Part shown: positions 19,787-29,251 of the stretch, in pieces | Numbering within the stretch: position 1 is the first letter of the stretch | How the letters are laid out: every line of letters starts with the position of its first letter | Source of the DNA: an uncultured Bacilli bacterium | GTDB lineage: Bacteria > Bacillota_I > Bacilli_A > RF39 > UBA660 | Length of the DNA: 60,363 nt | Direction: 5' to 3' | NCBI GenBank assembly: GCA_934169415.1 | Contig: CAKPNP010000002.1 | Span: forward strand, 1 to 60,363 | Program-made: the position numbers and the translations under genes | The notes under the pieces: generated by a model | The model's database searches: none | Seen by the model: only the letters and a program-made list of their open reading frames with translations | Told to the model about the DNA's origin: nothing

Positions 19787-20363
19787 AATAACTATTTCAA
19801 GAATAGTTCTTACTATTTTAATTATTTTTATACTTTTGTTTCCATTAGATACATTAGGTATAACACAAACTAAATTATTTATTAATGAATTGATTGTTAT
19901 AGATATAAAATATTTAATAGCAGGATTTTTATTTATTATAGCTTTTATAACTGATATAATAGATGGTAAGGTAGCACGTAAAAAAAATATGGTTACTGAT
20001 TTAGGTACAATGCTAGATTCGATAGCAGATAAATTTTTAGTAAATTCTATATTGATAATTTTATCTAGTCAAGGAATTATTAATCCATTAATTACATTAA
20101 TAATTGTTACAAGAGATATAATTGTAGATGTAATTAAGTATATGGTAGCTAGTAAGCGTCATGTTGTATCTTCTATAAAATCATCTAAGTATAAAACTAT
20201 ATTTTTAATGATTGGTATTATATTAACTTTATTTGGTAATTTACCATTTGAATTACTTAATATTCAAGTTTCTGATATTATACTAATAATAGCAACTGTT
20301 TTATCTGTTTATTCTTGTATACAATACTATCAAATAAATAAAAATGATATTTTCGATAACTAA
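19770..20363 (+). CDS. pgsA: CDP-diacylglycerol--glycerol-3-phosphate 3-phosphatidyltransferase
   Basis: CDP-alcohol phosphatidyltransferase motif DIIDGKVARKKNMVTDLGTMLDSIADK. ATG 19770 follows GGAGG. Confidence 0.9.
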   Translation: MNVANKITISRIVLTILIIFILLFPLDTLGITQTKLFINELIVIDIKYLIAGFLFIIAFITDIIDGKVARKKNMVTDLGTMLDSIADKFLVNSILIILSSQGIINPLITLIIVTRDIIVDVIKYMVASKRHVVSSIKSSKYKTIFLMIGIILTLFGNLPFELLNIQVSDIILIIATVLSVYSCIQYYQINKNDIFDN

Positions 20364-20463
20364 AATAAAAAAAATTTTAGTTTTTTTTAAGAAAAAAAAG
20401 GATTTTAGAGATTTTTTTCGTATATAATTAGTAGAGGGTAATTTAAATATATTATAAAAAAAA

Positions 20464-20477
20464 CGAACTTTAGTTCG
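20464..20477. promoter_or_regulatory. LexA (Cheo/SOS) box upstream of recA
   Basis: CGAACTTTAGTTCG is a perfect match to the Gram-positive CGAAC-N4-GTTCG consensus, 8 nt upstream of the recA -35. Confidence 0.7.
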
Positions 20478-20485
20478 ATTTTGTA

Positions 20486-20514
20486 TTGACTTTTATATTT
20501 TTATCATTTATAAT
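20486..20514 (+). promoter_or_regulatory. recA promoter
   Basis: TTGACT, 17-nt spacer, TATAAT (20509-20514). Confidence 0.6.
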
Positions 20515-20536
20515 TATTATAGTTTTAGGAGGATAT

Positions 20537-21553
20537 ATGACAAAAACAAATGACAAAACTTTAGATCAAGTTTTACAAGATATAGAAAAACAATTTGGTA
20601 AAGGTTCTATAATGAAGCTTGGCGATAATGAAAAAATAGAAACTGATGTTATTCCATCTGGTTCTATATCACTTGACTTAGCACTTGGAATAGGTGGTTA
20701 TCCAAAGGGAAGAATTATAGAAATATATGGTCCAGAATCAAGTGGTAAGACAACTTTTGCACTTCATGCTATAGCTGAAGCTCAAAAAAAAGGTGGAAGA
20801 TGTGCTTTTATAGATGCAGAAAATGCTTTAGATCCACAGTATGCTAAAAATTTAGGGGTAAATATTGATGAATTATTATTATCACAACCTGATAATGGTG
20901 AACAAGCTTTAGAAATAACAGAAGCATTAGTTAGAAGTGGTTCAATTAGTGTTATCGTAATAGATTCAGTAGCTGCATTAGTTCCACAAGCTGAAATAGA
21001 AGGTGAAATGGGAGATTCGCATGTTGGCCTACAAGCAAGATTAATGAGTCAAGCATTAAGAAAATTAGCAGGTGTTATCAATAAAACCAATACTGTTGCA
21101 ATATTTATAAACCAATTAAGAGAAAAAGTAGGTGTTATGTTTGGTAATCCAGAAGTTACACCAGGTGGTAGAGCACTTAAATTTTATTCTTCAGTAAGAC
21201 TTGAAATAAGGAGATCTGAGGCAATTAAACTTGGAACAGATATAGTTGGTAATAAAACATCAATTAAAGTTGTTAAAAATAAAATGGCTCCACCTTTTAA
21301 ATCATGTAGTGTTGATATAATGTATGGTGAAGGTGTATCACATGAAGGCGAATTAGTTGATTTAGCAAGTGAAGTTGGAATTATTGCTAAAAGTGGTGCA
21401 TGGTATTCTTATAATGGCGAAAAAATAGGGCAAGGCAAAGAAAATGTTAAAGAACTATTTAAGAAAAATAAAGAATTATGTGATGAAATAGATGCTAAAG
21501 TAAGAGAATACTATGGCTTAAAAGCTAATAAACCTGTTAAAAAAGAAGTATAA
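20537..21553 (+). CDS. recA: recombinase RecA
   Basis: GPESSGKTT Walker [31 protein letters not shown] 20537 follows AGGAGG. The ORF-track TTG 20486 is the -35 box. Confidence 0.97.
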   Translation: MTKTNDKTLDQVLQDIEKQFGKGSIMKLGDNEKIETDVIPSGSISLDLALGIGGYPKGRIIEIYGPESSGKTTFALHAIAEAQKKGGRCAFIDAENALDPQYAKNLGVNIDELLLSQPDNGEQALEITEALVRSGSISVIVIDSVAALVPQAEIEGEMGDSHVGLQARLMSQALRKLAGVINKTNTVAIFINQLREKVGVMFGNPEVTPGGRALKFYSSVRLEIRRSEAIKLGTDIVGNKTSIKVVKNKMAPPFKSCSVDIMYGEGVSHEGELVDLASEVGIIAKSGAWYSYNGEKIGQGKENVKELFKKNKELCDEIDAKVREYYGLKANKPVKKEV

Positions 21554-21563
21554 TTTAAATATA

Positions 21564-21592
21564 AAAAAGAATTGCAATTTTGCAATTCTTTT
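21564..21592. terminator. bidirectional terminator shared by recA and the convergent ATPase gene
   Basis: A-run, AAGAATTGCAA / TTGCAATTCTT stem, T-run. It abuts the minus-strand stop at 21591-21593. Confidence 0.8.
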
Positions 21593-23339
21593 ATTTCCAT
21601 GTTTGTAATATATCACAGTTACTACTTGATGGAAGTGGATCTGGTAATTTCATTCTAACAATCATAGGAATTTTAAATGCTCTACCAAATGCCATACAAG
21701 TACCAGGTTGTAAGCTTTTTTGTTTTTCTACAATTTCATTACTTATATTAGGTAACATTTTTTGTATATATTCAACATCAAGTGGATGCGTAATTTTAAA
21801 TATTAAAAAGTTAGCAACTTGTGATACAACTGTATCAGATAATTCAACTGGTCTTTGTGATATCAAACATAACAATATACCATATTTTCTTCCTTCTTTG
21901 GCAACTCTATCAAATATGTTATAACCAAGTAAGTATGTATCATTATCATTTTGTACATATCTATGTGCTTCTTCTAGGAAGATATGAAATGGTAATACTG
22001 CTCTATTAGGTAAGTTTTTAACATAATTAAATAACATTTTTATAAATGATTTAGTTACGAATTTAGTAAACCAATCTTCTACATCTTCTAAGTTAAAGTT
22101 AATTACTTGTGCTTTTTGATTATTTGAGCTTATTAGTGATGCAATAAATTGATCTTTGGTCATATAAGAAGAAACATCGAAATAAGTGGAATATTCACTA
22201 ATTAATATTGAATGTAGTCTTACTTTAAGTGAGATAGCGCTATCGTATTGTTTTTCATTTTTAAGTAGTCCCTCTGATATCATAGTAAAATTTAGAGCTT
22301 TTTCTAAATCTAATAAAGTAAAATAATAGTTATTATTATCTTGATATTGTTCTAAAGTTTCATCTATAAAACTTGATACGTATTCACTTAATAAAACACT
22401 TTCTGAAAAGTTTCCTTTATCATTAATTAAAAAACATTCTCTAAATTTTCTTGTATATCCAGCACCTTGAATAACAGCTTCAGGATTAAATTCATTAGTA
22501 GTACATGTATTAAATATATTAAATATATCATTTTTCTTACTACTTGCTGTTTGATTTGTATATAAAATATTCATTATAGCACTTGCTATTAAATGATTTT
22601 TATATTTAGTTGCCATTTCACCAGAAGATGCAAATATTCTAACTAGTTTAAGCATACGTTCTATTATTGGCATTTGTGCATGATTAGTAGCATTTAATAA
22701 TAATGCAATATCATCTATATCTAAAAGCCAAAGTGGTATTTGTAATTTTTCACCCATTGTATCATTTTTATTAGTAGTATAATATTTAAATTTATAATTT
22801 GGATTAATTTGGCTAAAATTAGTAAATGCATTATGATATTCTCCATATGTATCAAATATAAATATATTTGCTTTATAAGGTATAAAATCAGGTGTTGTGA
22901 ATATATTTTGTAAAAGTCTTGCAACACCACATGATTTACCACTTCCACTGTTACCAAAAATAGCTAAGTGGTTTGAAAAAAAGTCGTTTATATCTATATT
23001 TATAGGGTATCCATCATATAATGCACTTGTACCTAAATTAAATGTAGTATTACTTTTTTCACCCATTATTATTTTAAGTTCATCACTATTTATAAGTCTA
23101 ATTTTAGCTTCCATAGTAGGCTTTCTAATAACACCACCAATAAATCTATTGTTTTCTATTTCTCCTAAAAATTTAATTCTTATAATATTTTTTTCTATAT
23201 CTTCTATTTCTCCTAATACTTTTTTATTAGAATCTTCAAATATAACATGCATATTCATAATATTAGTTGATACTTTTATATTATCAGAAACTAATACATG
23301 TGCAGTTGTATTATTCATATATATTATTTTACCCAACAT
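21591..23339 (-). CDS. HerA/FtsK-superfamily (DUF87-type) ATPase with an N-terminal HAS-barrel-like domain
   Basis: Walker A FGNSGSGKSCG, Walker B FHIFLEEAHRY, arginine-finger region LISQRP. ATG 23339 lies 6 nt after GGAGGGG (ORF-track TTG 23354 is inside the RBS). Confidence 0.8.
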   Translation of the reverse strand: MLGKIIYMNNTTAHVLVSDNIKVSTNIMNMHVIFEDSNKKVLGEIEDIEKNIIRIKFLGEIENNRFIGGVIRKPTMEAKIRLINSDELKIIMGEKSNTTFNLGTSALYDGYPINIDINDFFSNHLAIFGNSGSGKSCGVARLLQNIFTTPDFIPYKANIFIFDTYGEYHNAFTNFSQINPNYKFKYYTTNKNDTMGEKLQIPLWLLDIDDIALLLNATNHAQMPIIERMLKLVRIFASSGEMATKYKNHLIASAIMNILYTNQTASSKKNDIFNIFNTCTTNEFNPEAVIQGAGYTRKFRECFLINDKGNFSESVLLSEYVSSFIDETLEQYQDNNNYYFTLLDLEKALNFTMISEGLLKNEKQYDSAISLKVRLHSILISEYSTYFDVSSYMTKDQFIASLISSNNQKAQVINFNLEDVEDWFTKFVTKSFIKMLFNYVKNLPNRAVLPFHIFLEEAHRYVQNDNDTYLLGYNIFDRVAKEGRKYGILLCLISQRPVELSDTVVSQVANFLIFKITHPLDVEYIQKMLPNISNEIVEKQKSLQPGTCMAFGRAFKIPMIVRMKLPDPLPSSSNCDILQTWK

Positions 23340-23474
23340 ATATTTCCCCTCCAATTATTCTTATATAATTATACAATATTTTTCTCTTTTTTCCAACATA
23401 TTTTTTTCTTGATTAAATTTTATTTAAATGATAAAATAGTTTTAGAGGTAAAACTCTATAGATGGAGGGTATTT

Positions 23475-25028
23475 ATGGATATGGTACTTTTCTCCATTTT
23501 ATTTAGTTTAATAGGACTTTTTGTTGGAAGCACAATAATGATTCTGTTTAATTATTTTAAAATAAATTCAGCTTCAAAAAAAGCAGTTGAAATAGTAGAT
23601 AAAGCATCACATGATGCTGAAAAAATTAAAAGAGATTATTTACTTGAAGCAAAAGAAGAAACTCATAGATTAAAACTTGAATTAGATAAAGAAGTTAAAG
23701 ATAAAAAACAAGAAATAAAAGAATCTGAAGATAGATTATTATTAAGGGAAAATAATATTGATAAAAGAGATCAAACTTTACAAAATCGTGAGTTGATGCT
23801 TGAAGAAAGAGAAAATAATTTAACTAATAAACAAAAAGACTTGATAGAAGAAAAAGATAAAGTGGAAGAAATAAAAAGAGAACAAGTAGAATTACTTGAA
23901 AACATTGCTGGTTATTCAAAAGAACAAGCAAGACAAATAGTACTTGAAAAAGTAGAAGAAATGATGAATTTAGAAATTTCACAGTACATAAAAGAAAGAG
24001 TAGATGAAGCATCGCTAGAAGTTGATAAAAAAGCTAAATCTTTACTTGTATCTTCTATGCAAAAATATGCTGCAGATGTTTCACAAGATCAGACTGTAAC
24101 AGTTGTAACTTTGCCAAATGATGATATGAAAGGTAGATTAATTGGTAGGGAAGGAAGAAATATAAGATCAATAGAAGCTGTAACCGGTGTTGATTTAATA
24201 ATTGATGATACACCTGAGGCAATAGTATTATCTAGTTTTGATCCATATAGAAGAGAAATTGCACGTGTTACAATAGAATCTTTGATTAAAGATGGTAGAA
24301 TTCATCCTGGAAGAATTGAAGAAATCTATGATAAAGAATCACGTGAGATGAAAAATAGATTGTTAGAGTATTCTTCTTCTGCGTTATTTGAACTAGGACT
24401 TACCAAAATTGATCCGGAACTTCAAGAATTAATAGGTAAATTACATTTTAGAACAAGTTATGGTCAAAATGTTTTAACTCATTCTTTAGAAGTTGCACAT
24501 TTAGCCGGTATTATGGCAAGTGAACTTGGAGAAAATGTAACGTTAGCTAAAAGAGCAGGACTTTTACATGATATTGGTAAATCAATAGATCATGAAGTAG
24601 ATGGAAGTCATGTTGAACTAGGTGTTATGTTAGCTAAAAAATATAAAGAATCTGATGTAGTTATCAATGCTATAGCTTCTCATCATGGTGATACCCCTGC
24701 TACTTCAATTATTTCAGTTTTAATTTCTATTGCAGATAGCTTGTCAGCATCTAGACCTGGAGCTAGAAATGATTCATTAGAAAATTATGTTAAGAGATTA
24801 CAAGAACTTGAAAGTATTGCAAATGTAATACCTGGTGTTGAAAAGTCATATGCTATGCAGGCAGGACGTGAACTTAGAGTTATAGTAAAACCAGAGGAAG
24901 TTAATGATGCTGTAAGTTATAAAATAGCTCGTGATATTAAAAATAAAATAGAAGAAACATTACAATATCCTGGTACTATAAAGGTTGTTGTAATAAGAGA
25001 AACTAGAGTACAAGAGGAAGCAAAATAA
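23475..25028 (+). CDS. rny: ribonuclease Y
   Basis: N-terminal TM helix, KH domain GRLIGREGRNIRSIE, HD domain LLHDIGK. ATG 23475 follows GGAGGG. The ORF-track upstream extension is non-coding. Confidence 0.95.
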   Translation: MDMVLFSILFSLIGLFVGSTIMILFNYFKINSASKKAVEIVDKASHDAEKIKRDYLLEAKEETHRLKLELDKEVKDKKQEIKESEDRLLLRENNIDKRDQTLQNRELMLEERENNLTNKQKDLIEEKDKVEEIKREQVELLENIAGYSKEQARQIVLEKVEEMMNLEISQYIKERVDEASLEVDKKAKSLLVSSMQKYAADVSQDQTVTVVTLPNDDMKGRLIGREGRNIRSIEAVTGVDLIIDDTPEAIVLSSFDPYRREIARVTIESLIKDGRIHPGRIEEIYDKESREMKNRLLEYSSSALFELGLTKIDPELQELIGKLHFRTSYGQNVLTHSLEVAHLAGIMASELGENVTLAKRAGLLHDIGKSIDHEVDGSHVELGVMLAKKYKESDVVINAIASHHGDTPATSIISVLISIADSLSASRPGARNDSLENYVKRLQELESIANVIPGVEKSYAMQAGRELRVIVKPEEVNDAVSYKIARDIKNKIEETLQYPGTIKVVVIRETRVQEEAK

Positions 25029-25062
25029 TTATATTATTAATTCATCTTATAACTCATTAAAT

Positions 25063-25089
25063 AATTGGCTAAATATAGCCAATTTTTTT
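25063..25089 (+). terminator. Rho-independent terminator of rny
   Basis: AATTGGCTA-aata-TAGCCAATT plus T7. Confidence 0.8.
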
Positions 25090-25122
25090 ATTTATTATGA
25101 TATAATTGTAAAAGGTGATAAT

Positions 25123-27699
25123 ATGGAAAAAATTATTTTAGTAGATGGAAATAATTTGTTATTTAGAAGTTATTATGCTACTGCTTATAATGGAAACTTT
25201 ATGAAAAATTCAAAAGGTATACCAACTAATGCAATATTTGGATTTGCTAATATGATGAATAAAATAATTAGTGAGGAAGCTCCAACTTATATAATGGTTG
25301 CTTTTGATAAGGGGAAAACATTTAGACATGATAAATATGATTTTTATAAGGGTGGTAGAATAGAAACACCAAATGAGTTAAAAATTCAATTTCCGCTTGC
25401 TAAAGAATTACTTATCAATATGGGAATAAAATATTATGAAATTGATAATTATGAGGCTGATGATATAATAGGTACGTTTGCTAAATACTGTTGTAATGAT
25501 ACTAACTTTATAGGTACTATTATAAGTAGCGATAAGGATTTATTACAATTAATTAGTAATGACGTTGACATAAAATTATTAAAACAAAAAGATTATATTA
25601 GATATAATTTAGAAACATTTAAATCAGATTATGGAATAGAACCAATTAATATAATTGATTTAAAGGCATTAATGGGAGATAATTCTGATAATATACCAGG
25701 TGTAAAAGGAATAGGTGAAAAAACAGCTTTAAAATTATTACAAGAATATAAAACTTTAGATGGAATATATGATAATATTGATGCAATAAAAGGTGCTACA
25801 CAGAATAAATTGATAACTTATAAAAATGATGCTTATATGAGTTATGAGATTGCAACTATTTACAAAGATGTTCCAATAGATATTAATATAGATGATTTAA
25901 AATATACTGGTCCAACAGATAAATTAAATGATTTTTATGGAGAATTAGAATTTTACTCATTTATAAAAAAAGATGTAACAAAAGAAAGTAGCATTGATGT
26001 AAAAATAGTAAACGATTTATCTAATATAGAATTAGGTGATGATGTGGCTATATATCTAGAAATACTTGGTACGAATTATCACTCTAGTGAAATTATAGGA
26101 ATCTCATTATGTGATGATAAAAATTTATATTATATAGATTTTGATAATATAAAAGATCTTAATATATTGTCTGGTAAAAAATTATATACTTATGATTATA
26201 AAAAGCTATATGTTTCACTTAAATGGAAAAATATTAAAATACCTAAAGTTTTAGATGATTTAATGATTTCCTCATCATTACTTGAATATAATGTAAAAGA
26301 TGATATAGCATATTTAGCTAATGAACTTGGTTATTCTATATCTTTTTATGAAACTATATATGGAAAAAATAATAAATTAAGTATTCCTTCTCTAGATGTA
26401 AGAGCTAATAATATAGCAAGTAAAGCTAAATTCATATTTGATAAAAAAGATTATTTTAAAGATGAAATAAATAAACAAAATATTTCTATGTTATATAATG
26501 ATATTGAAATGCCATTAGTAACAGTATTAGGTGATATGGAATATAATGGTGTATATGTTGATAAAAATATTTTAGAGGAGTTAAGAGGTGAATTTACTAA
26601 TAAATTAAATACTTTATCTAGTAATATTTATGAAATGGCTGGTATTGAATTTAATATATCAAGTCCATCACAATTAGGAGAAGTGTTATTTGAAAGATTA
26701 AATTTGCCTCATGGTAAAAAAGGAAAAAATGGATATTCTACTGCAGTTGATGTTTTAAATAAACTAAAGGGTATTCATCCTATAATAGACCTTATTATGG
26801 AATATAGAACTATATCTAAATTATATTCAACATATGTTGAAGGATTAGAAAATAATATTATGTCTGATGGTAAAGTTCACACAATATATACACAAACATT
26901 GACACGTACTGGACGATTATCTAGTATTGAACCCAATTTACAAAATATACCAGTTAGATCAGAGTATGGTAAATTAATTAGAAAAGCTTTTATACCAAGT
27001 GCTGAGTCTGTTATATTAAGTGGAGATTATTCACAGATAGAACTTAGAATTTTGGCTCATTTTTCTAAAGTACCTTCATTAATTGAGGCTTTTAATAATG
27101 GTGTTGACATACATGCTAAAACAGCCTCTGATATATTTGGTGTTGATATCGATTCTGTAACTAAAGTACAAAGAAGAATAGCTAAGGCTGTAAATTTTGG
27201 CATCATATATGGAATAAGTAGTTTTGGTTTATCTGAAAATTTAAGCATTACTCCAAAAGAAGCTAGTAAATTCATAGAAAATTATTTATCTACTTATCCT
27301 GGAATTAAAGAATATATGGATAAAACTATTGAACTAGCTAAAAAAGAAGGATATGCAGTTACAATGTTTAATAGAAAAAGGACTATACAGGAATTATACA
27401 ATACTAACTATATGATTAGACAGTCTGGAGAAAGAATGGCACTTAATACTCCAATACAAGGTACAAGTGCAGATATAATAAAAAAAGCTATGGTTTTAAT
27501 TCATAATGAAATGATTAGACAAAATTTAAAGTCAAAATTAATAATTCAAGTACATGATGAACTTGTATTTGATTGTAAAATAGATGAGTTAGAAAAAATA
27601 ACTAGTATTATGAAAAATGTAATGGAAAATGTTTGTGAGTTAAACGTTCCATTAAAAATAGATGTTTCATACGGTAATAACTGGTATGAAGCTAAATAA
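25123..27699 (+). CDS. polA: DNA polymerase I
   Basis: 5-prime nuclease N-terminus ILVDGNNLLFRSYYA. Polymerase motifs DYSQIELRILAH, RRIAKAVNFGIIYG, QVHDEL. Confidence 0.95.
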   Translation: MEKIILVDGNNLLFRSYYATAYNGNFMKNSKGIPTNAIFGFANMMNKIISEEAPTYIMVAFDKGKTFRHDKYDFYKGGRIETPNELKIQFPLAKELLINMGIKYYEIDNYEADDIIGTFAKYCCNDTNFIGTIISSDKDLLQLISNDVDIKLLKQKDYIRYNLETFKSDYGIEPINIIDLKALMGDNSDNIPGVKGIGEKTALKLLQEYKTLDGIYDNIDAIKGATQNKLITYKNDAYMSYEIATIYKDVPIDINIDDLKYTGPTDKLNDFYGELEFYSFIKKDVTKESSIDVKIVNDLSNIELGDDVAIYLEILGTNYHSSEIIGISLCDDKNLYYIDFDNIKDLNILSGKKLYTYDYKKLYVSLKWKNIKIPKVLDDLMISSSLLEYNVKDDIAYLANELGYSISFYETIYGKNNKLSIPSLDVRANNIASKAKFIFDKKDYFKDEINKQNISMLYNDIEMPLVTVLGDMEYNGVYVDKNILEELRGEFTNKLNTLSSNIYEMAGIEFNISSPSQLGEVLFERLNLPHGKKGKNGYSTAVDVLNKLKGIHPIIDLIMEYRTISKLYSTYVEGLENNIMSDGKVHTIYTQTLTRTGRLSSIEPNLQNIPVRSEYGKLIRKAFIPSAESVILSGDYSQIELRILAHFSKVPSLIEAFNNGVDIHAKTASDIFGVDIDSVTKVQRRIAKAVNFGIIYGISSFGLSENLSITPKEASKFIENYLSTYPGIKEYMDKTIELAKKEGYAVTMFNRKRTIQELYNTNYMIRQSGERMALNTPIQGTSADIIKKAMVLIHNEMIRQNLKSKLIIQVHDELVFDCKIDELEKITSIMKNVMENVCELNVPLKIDVSYGNNWYEAK

Positions 27700-27708
27700 G
27701 GTGATTAA

Positions 27709-28566
27709 ATGGTTAGCAAAATAATGCTTGTAAGTGTAATTGTTAATATTATACTTTCAATTGTAAAAATAATATTTGGTGGTATTTTTAAGTGTAGTAG
27801 TTTAATTGCTGATGGAGTTCATTCATTTAGCGATTTAATAACTGATTTTATATCTATATTAGGTAGTAAATTATCACTTAAACCAGCTGATAGTAAACAT
27901 CCTTTTGGACATGGTAAAATAGAGTATGTAACAAGTATTATAATATCTATAGTAATTATATCATTAGGATTTTTACTTATAATTAATTCATTTAATAAAG
28001 AAATTATAATACCATCATTAGTAGTTAGTTTAGTATCTTTAGCTACAATAGTGTCTAAATATATATTATCTAATTACATATATAAAAAAGGATTAAAACT
28101 TAAAAATAATATTTTGATAGCATCAGGACTTGAAAGTAAGTCTGATGTTTTATCATCAATAGTAGTATTTATATCAATTATATTAATGCAATTATCTAAT
28201 TATATTAAAATATTTAAATATAGTAATCTAATAGCTACAATTATAGTTGCATTATTTATAATTAAAACAGGTTTTAATATATTAAAAGAAAATTTAAGTA
28301 TGATACTAGAATCTCAAGTAACTGATAAAGAATATATAGAAAATATAAGAAAAATAATATTAAAAGAAAATGATGTTTTAAATATAAGAAATTTGTATAT
28401 TTTAATTAATGGACCTTATTATAAATTAATATCTAATATAAATATGAATGATGATATTACTTTAAAACATGCACATGATATAATTGAAAAAATAGAACAA
28501 GATTTAAAAAAATATGATAATAAAATAAAGTATATATTTATACATATGGAACCGAGTGAGTATTAA
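27709..28566 (+). CDS. cation diffusion facilitator family transporter
   Basis: Six TM helices, HSFSDLITD, FGHGKIEY, C-terminal cytoplasmic domain. Confidence 0.85.
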   Translation: MVSKIMLVSVIVNIILSIVKIIFGGIFKCSSLIADGVHSFSDLITDFISILGSKLSLKPADSKHPFGHGKIEYVTSIIISIVIISLGFLLIINSFNKEIIIPSLVVSLVSLATIVSKYILSNYIYKKGLKLKNNILIASGLESKSDVLSSIVVFISIILMQLSNYIKIFKYSNLIATIIVALFIIKTGFNILKENLSMILESQVTDKEYIENIRKIILKENDVLNIRNLYILINGPYYKLISNINMNDDITLKHAHDIIEKIEQDLKKYDNKIKYIFIHMEPSEY

Positions 28567-28574
28567 ATTTTATA

Positions 28575-28603
28575 TTGACATGCATAATAGTATTTGTTAA
28601 AAT
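28575..28603 (+). promoter_or_regulatory. promoter of the T-box leader
   Basis: TTGACA, 17-nt spacer, TAAAAT. Confidence 0.5.
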
Positions 28604-28609
28604 TAATTA

Positions 28610-28802
28610 TGTAAAACGTTTTGAAATTAAGTAATAAATAAGAACTTATAGAGAGTCAAATATAGCTGGAAATTTGATAGTTACTGTTTATGAAATCTAC
28701 TTCAATATAGTGAATTAATAAATTCCGGGTAATACCGTTATCTAAAATTAAGACCAAAGTAGGATGGCACCGTGTTAATCACTCCTACATTATGGTCTTT
28801 TT
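28610..28802 (+). promoter_or_regulatory. T-box riboswitch leader, serine specifier
   Basis: AGAGAG GA-motif, distal AGCTGGAAA, and a specifier-loop context GAAA-TCT-A (TCT at 28696-28698). The T-box sequence is AAAGTAGGATGGCACCGTG (28757-28775). A terminator ends in GGTCTTTTT, and serS lies downstream. Confidence 0.85.
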
Positions 28803-28819
28803 GTGTTAGGAGATTAATT

Positions 28820-29251
28820 ATGGATATAAAAGATTTTGAAAGCCTAGAAACTGACGAAATAAAATTGGAACTGACTATAGGTTCTATAGATAAGAAATTT
28901 TTTTATTATAAAATTTTTGATATTAATTCTAACTATATTGGAAATTGTGGTATAAGATTAAATAGTGATGAATATTTAGGAAATATTGAGTATGAAATAT
29001 TTTCTTTATATAATGGTAATAATTATGCATATAAAGCTTGTAAATTATTATCAGCTATAGCTAGTTGCTATAATATTAATAGTTTAATTATAACTGCTAG
29101 CCCAACTAATATACCTTCTATTAAGACTATAAAAAAATTAGGTTCAAAGTTTATTATTCGTAAAAGCGTTCCCAAATCACATAGATTATATAAAACATCT
29201 GAATATGTAAATATATATAAGTGGGAATTAGAGAAAGGAAAAAGTATATGA
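28820..29251 (+). CDS. GNAT-family N-acetyltransferase-like protein (143 aa)
   Basis: ATG 28820 lies 7 nt after AGGAG. YNGNNYAYKACKLLSAIAS and IKTIKKLGSKFI resemble the GNAT acetyl-CoA-binding core and C-terminal strand. The ORF-track GTG 28772 lies inside the T-box terminator. Confidence 0.6.
   Translation: MDIKDFESLETDEIKLELTIGSIDKKFFYYKIFDINSNYIGNCGIRLNSDEYLGNIEYEIFSLYNGNNYAYKACKLLSAIASCYNINSLIITASPTNIPSIKTIKKLGSKFIIRKSVPKSHRLYKTSEYVNIYKWELEKGKSI

Noticed and set aside
21580-23412. Plus-strand ORFs 21580-21924, 21821-22009 and 22897-23412, and minus-strand ORF 22721-22957, all overlapping the HerA-like gene.
   Set aside because: The minus-strand 582-aa frame carries Walker A/B motifs and a GGAGGGG RBS. 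The plus-strand ORFs start inside the recA terminator or mid-gene and are low-complexity.
23298-23474. Long N-terminal extensions in the ORF track, for example rny from 23298, recA from 20486, hup from 1523, nrnA from 11453 and the GNAT gene from 28772.
   Set aside because: The extensions run through promoters, terminators or the T-box leader. Internal ATG/GTG/TTG codons with AGGTGAT/GGAGG RBSs give N-termini that match the families.
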